64,000 bases of DNA, taken from positions 14,942,001 through 15,006,000 of the forward strand of contig OZ024763.1 in the NCBI GenBank assembly GCA_964016885.1. Direction: 5' to 3'. This DNA is from Eledone cirrhosa (lineage: Eukaryota). The notes under the pieces are model-generated. The model did no database searches and was not told where the DNA came from. It saw only the letters and a list, made by a program, of their open reading frames with translations. Shown here one piece after another: positions 59,251 through 64,000 of this stretch (its first letter is position 1; each line of letters opens with the position of its first letter). A program made the translations under genes and the position numbers.

Positions 59251-59294
59251 ATAGACACAGCAGATGTGTGAAGGGGTGGGCATGAGAGTATCTG

Positions 59295-59875
59295 ATTGTG
59301 TGAGTGTTTGTGTCTGTGCCGCACTATGCGAGAGCGTGTGTGTGTGTCAGTGTGTGTGTATGTGTGTGTGTGTGTGTCAGTGTGTGCGTCTCTGTGTGAA
59401 CGTGTGTCAGTGTGTGGTAGTGTGTCAGTGTGTGCGTCTCTGTGTGAACGTGTGTCAGTGTGTGGTAGTGTGTGTGTTTGTATGTCTCTCTGCACGAGTG
59501 TGTGTGTGTGTGTGTCTGTATGTATGTGTGTCAGTGATTGTGTCTCTCTGCATGAGTGTGTGTGTGTGTGTGTCTGCATGTATGTGTGTCAGTGATTGTG
59601 TCTCTCTGCATGAGTGTGTGTGTGTGTGTATGTGTGTCAGTGATTGTGTCTCTCTGCATGAGTGTGTGTGTGTGTGTGTCTGTATGTATGTGTGTCAGTG
59701 ATTGTGTCTCTCTGCATGAGTGTGTGTGTGTGTGTATGTGTGTCAGTGATTGTGTCTCTCTGCATGAGTGTGTGTGTGTGTGTGTCTGTATGTATGTGTG
59801 TCAGTGATTGTGTCTCTCTGCATGAGTGTGTGTGTCTGTATGTATGTGTGTCAGTGATTGTGTCTCTCTGCATGA

Positions 59876-59908
<33 letters not shown>

Positions 59909-59950
59909 TCAGTGATTGTGTCCCTCTGCATGTGTGTGTGTGTGTGTGTG
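59295..59950. repeat. GT-rich minisatellite
   Basis: Units of cagtgattgtgtctctctgcatga(gt)n. Confidence 0.88.
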
Positions 59951-60044
59951 TGAGAACGAAACACAGTTGCAAGTCAAGAGGAGTAGAGGCTGTTACAGTA
60001 GCAGGATAAAGAGACAACGAGAAGACACAGAAGATGATGTTTAC

Positions 60045-60204
60045 CTGTTGGAGTCCTGTAGGATATGAATGGCAATCTTACTGACACTGTTCTCCCGACA
60101 GGCCTTTAACCAACCAGTTGCATTGTACCGGACTGGGTTGGTACCCTGGAAGTGGTTTAGGATGAATGTGTGCCCTAGAGTCCCCTTCTTTAGTAAACTG
60201 TCAC
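60045..60204 (-). CDS. MYO18A: Myosin-XVIII motor-domain exon
   Basis: Acceptor ttttttcag, donor gtaaac, 160 nt (phase 1 to 2). (R)DSLLKKGTLGHTFILNHFQGTNPVRYNATGWLKACRENSVSKIAIHILQDSN, matching myosin-XVIII 'F.L.H..GTN.V.Y...GWL...LQDS'. In frame with both neighbours. Confidence 0.93.
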
Positions 60205-61179
60205 CTGAAAAAAAAAATAAACAAGGAAGTTAATAAACAACATTAAAAAAGTGCAGGGCGATCAAAATTGATGGAAGCTGGGGAGTAGGTAGACCCAGAA
60301 AAACCTGGGACGACATGATAAAATCCGACGTTGATCTAGTACATATATATTATAAAGAGATGGGACACCGATGGCTGAGCTCTTGCCATTTCAACAGCTA
60401 GTTCCAGACATAGAATGGTCTAACCAGTTTCAAATTGAATCCATCCTGATTTATATATATATGAAGGACAATAGCTGTATAAAAAAGTGCAGAGCAATGG
60501 AAATTGATGGAAGCTACAGAGTGAGTAGACCCAGAAAAAACTGGGACGACATGATAAAATCCGACCTTGCACACTTACACCTGTCTAAGACAATGCCACT
60601 GGATCGAGACCTTTGGCACTATGCAATAATACAGAAAGCCCGCCTTCCCTTACGTAGAAAGTTAAAGCTACAATCAGTCGGCACCTCTTAACCAAATATA
60701 CACCCCAACCCACTACCCCTACTCCCAGCAACACCACCCATTCTCTGTAAAGTTATGGTGTTGGAGAGACAGTAAAAAGACTCGCAGTCCACGCTGTAAA
60801 TGTGGTTGGTGTTAGGAAGGGCATCCAGCCGTAGAAAACCTGCCAGATACAGTCCTATACGAGCGAGACATGGTCACCCGACCAATCTTGCTTCAAGTGG
60901 CACAGTTCCCATCTAACCCATGTTAGCGTGGAAGATAGACATTAAATGATGATGATGATGATTATTATTATTATTGGCAAGCTTCCTACAGCTGGATGCC
61001 CTTCCTACCACCAAACGCTCTACAAATTCTACTGGGGTTTCATTGCATCATACCAACAACCCTAGACATATTGTGTCCTTGATACAACTGAAGAGTCTTC
61101 CCAACAGTTTTTATCTTTGGCATGGTTTCTACAACCGGCGGCTCTTCTCATCCCCAACCAACTTACAAGGTTTGCTGGG

Positions 61180-61605
61180 AAGGGGTATTATTGAGTACTT
61201 GTGTTTAACTGGCTGGTCTCCATGGTGACCTGAGAAGGGAATGCTGGGAAGGGGTATTGAGTATTTACGTTTAACAGGGTGGGTTCCATGGTAACCTAAG
61301 AAGGGGTACTGGGTACTTACGATTAACAGGGCAGTCTTCATGGTGATCTAAGAAGGGGTATTCAGTACTTACGTTTAACAGGGTGGGTTCCATGGTCACC
61401 TAAGAAGGGGTACTGGGTACTTAGGATTAACAGGGTGGTCTTCATGGTGATCTAAGAAGGGGTATTCAGTATTTACGTTTAACAGGGTGGGTTCCATGGT
61501 AACCTAAGAAGGGGTACTGGATACTTAGGATTAACAGGGTGGTCTTCATGGTGATCTAAGAAGGGGTATTCAGTACTTACGTTTAACAGGGTGGTCTCCG
61601 TGGTG
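61180..61605 (-). repeat. 52-bp tandem array derived from the myosin exon 3' end and splice donor
   Basis: Units start at 61249, 61301, 61353, 61405, 61457, 61509 and 61561 and alternate between A and B types. The last unit overlaps the real exon. Confidence 0.9.
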
Positions 61606-61725
61606 AGTAAAGAGTCGTTCCGTGAATGATTCTTCGGTGGCACCAGGAAAGATGGCTTCATCATCCAGTAACCACAGCAGACCTTTCTTGTCAGAATCAC
61701 GGAGGTCTTGGTTTGATGCTCTCAA
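61581..61725 (-). CDS. MYO18A: Unconventional myosin-XVIII (MYO18A-like) motor-domain exon
   Basis: Acceptor ttcttccatcag, donor gtaagt, 145 nt (phase 0 to 1). Translates [48 protein letters not shown], matching the myosin-XVIII 'GLLWLLEEEA..PGA.E..LERLF' motif. Confidence 0.93.
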
Positions 61726-61777
61726 CTGATGGAAGAAATACACATATATTAATGCATATACAGTATATATGTGTGTG

Positions 61778-62095
<318 letters not shown>

Positions 62096-62305
62096 TATAT
62101 ATATGTGTGTATATATATATATGTCCTATGCGAGCAAGACAACCACTCTTGCCTCAAGTGGGAAAACCCCCGTCCAAACCCATGCAAGCGTGGAACACGG
62201 ACGCTAAACCTGATGATGATGATGATGATGATATACATATATATATATATATACATATATATACACATATATATATACATATATATGTGTATATATATAC
62301 ACATC

Positions 62306-62349
<44 letters not shown>

Positions 62350-62445
62350 CACGCATATATATATATACACATATATATATACACACACATATACACATAT
62401 ATATATATATATATACACACATATATATATATACACATTTTATAT

Positions 62446-62500
<55 letters not shown>

Positions 62501-62710
62501 TATATATACACATATATATATATATACACATATATATATATATACACATATATATGTACACATATATATATATATACACATATATATATATATACACACA
62601 TATATAGATACACACACAGTTGAAAATGAACAAACTAAACACAGGAGGCAATTGTACACACTGACTTTATATGTGTGCCTTTTAACTATAGGAAAAGAAT
62701 GAGTATTGAC

Positions 62711-62772
<62 letters not shown>

Positions 62773-62773
<1 letters not shown>

Positions 62774-63535
62774 TGATGGCTGCCCCGTCGTTATCGAGTA
62801 TGGCCATTGCACGATATACCATTATTAATAATTATTAATTAATGCTATCGTGCAATGCCTGTGTGTGAAGTTTATTTTTAAAGTGAGGAAAGACTGTGCA
62901 CTGAGCCAATCCCACTCTCTGAGCGACAGTAGCTATAACCTGAAAAGAAGAAAAGATCAACATCATCGGTAACTACTGAGCCACAGGTTTTATATCGGAG
63001 TTATCTCAGTTTCCTGAGTTGCCTTCTCCTAGAAGATTACCCTGACAAAGGCTAAGGGTCCTTCACTCCCAGTGGTTTAACCACGCGATCGGGTGTCCAG
63101 CCCAATTATTTCCAATTAGAATGCCCTGACAAAGGCTAGGGGTCCTTCACTCCCAGTGGTTTAACTGCACGATCAGGTGTCCAGCCCAATTATTTCCAAT
63201 TAGAATGCCCTGACAAAGACTAGGGGTCCTTCACTCCCAGTGGTTTAACTGCATGATCAGGTGTCCAGCCCAATTATTTCCAATTAGAATGCCCTGACAA
63301 AGGCTAGGGGTCCTTCACTCCCAGTGGTTTAACTGCACGATCAGGTGTCCAGCCCAATTATTTCCAATTAGAATGCCCTGACAAAGGCTAGGGGTCCTTC
63401 ACTCCCAGTGGTTTAACTGTACGATCGACTATCCAGCCCAATTATTTTCAATTAGAATACCCTGACAAAGGCTAGGGGTCCTTCACTCCCAGTGGTTTAA
63501 CTGCACGATCGGCTATCCAGCCCAATTATTTCCCC
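62773..63535. repeat. Dispersed repeat ending in an 84-bp x6 tandem array
   Basis: 62773-63070 resembles 23648-24057. The unit ccctgacaaaggctaggggtcc.. recurs from 63040 every 84 bp. Confidence 0.85.
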
Positions 63536-64000
63536 ACACATATACATACATGTACACACACATATACACATATATATATATATATATATACATACATATT
63601 TACACATTTTTAGATGGCCGTTGACTCTTATGAGTTCTTCTGCCCTTTGTCAGGTTTTGTTTTTTGTCCTGCAGGGTGTCCAAAATCACCCTCCTCACCA
63701 AGTAAACTTGGTGGGGTTGCCAGTTTAGTCACCGACGACCCGACCATGCGACAGGTTGTACTGAGTTACATGTTACCAGTAGCACTCAAGAGTGACCCGA
63801 CATAATATATATGTATATATATATATATATATACACTCACATATATATATATATACACATATATATAAGCGCAAATATAGATTTACTCAGTATTGTATAT
63901 ACAGAGAGAAAGACAGACATATAAATACAGAGTATAATAGATGCACACAGATACTCAAAGATGGAGAGAGACACACAGTACAATATTCAGAGAGACACAG

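Overview
Repeat-saturated eukaryotic intronic DNA. The SINE/LINE families and (TA)n/(CA)n/(GAT)n content suggest a cephalopod such as Octopus (inference). The minus strand carries six in-phase coding exons (61581-61725, 60045-60204, 52270-52456, 50080-50275, 47948-48042, 47279-47344) of an unconventional myosin-XVIII (MYO18A-like) gene, encoding the end of the motor domain up to 'YRIGLSQ'. I found no following converter/IQ exon ('VFFR..'), so the next intron is probably at least 47 kb. Inside it lie two same-strand, ATG-initiated, non-repetitive ORFs that each have a phase-0 GT donor: 18257-18973 (239 aa, acidic/Ser-rich) and 14-136 (41 aa, N-glycosylation sequon plus hydrophobic stretch). They are candidate alternative first exons for headless myosin-XVIII isoforms, one possibly membrane-anchored. 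The introns also contain long foldback palindromes carrying type I minimal hammerhead-ribozyme motifs (Penelope-like), an RTE LINE with SINEs sharing its tail, piggyBac-like MITEs, a Helitron, and many TE-derived minisatellites. One 52-bp array is built from a myosin exon/donor junction. Almost all ORFs in the supplied track are low-complexity artefacts. Coordinates were read by eye, and homology calls are from memory of the families, not database searches.
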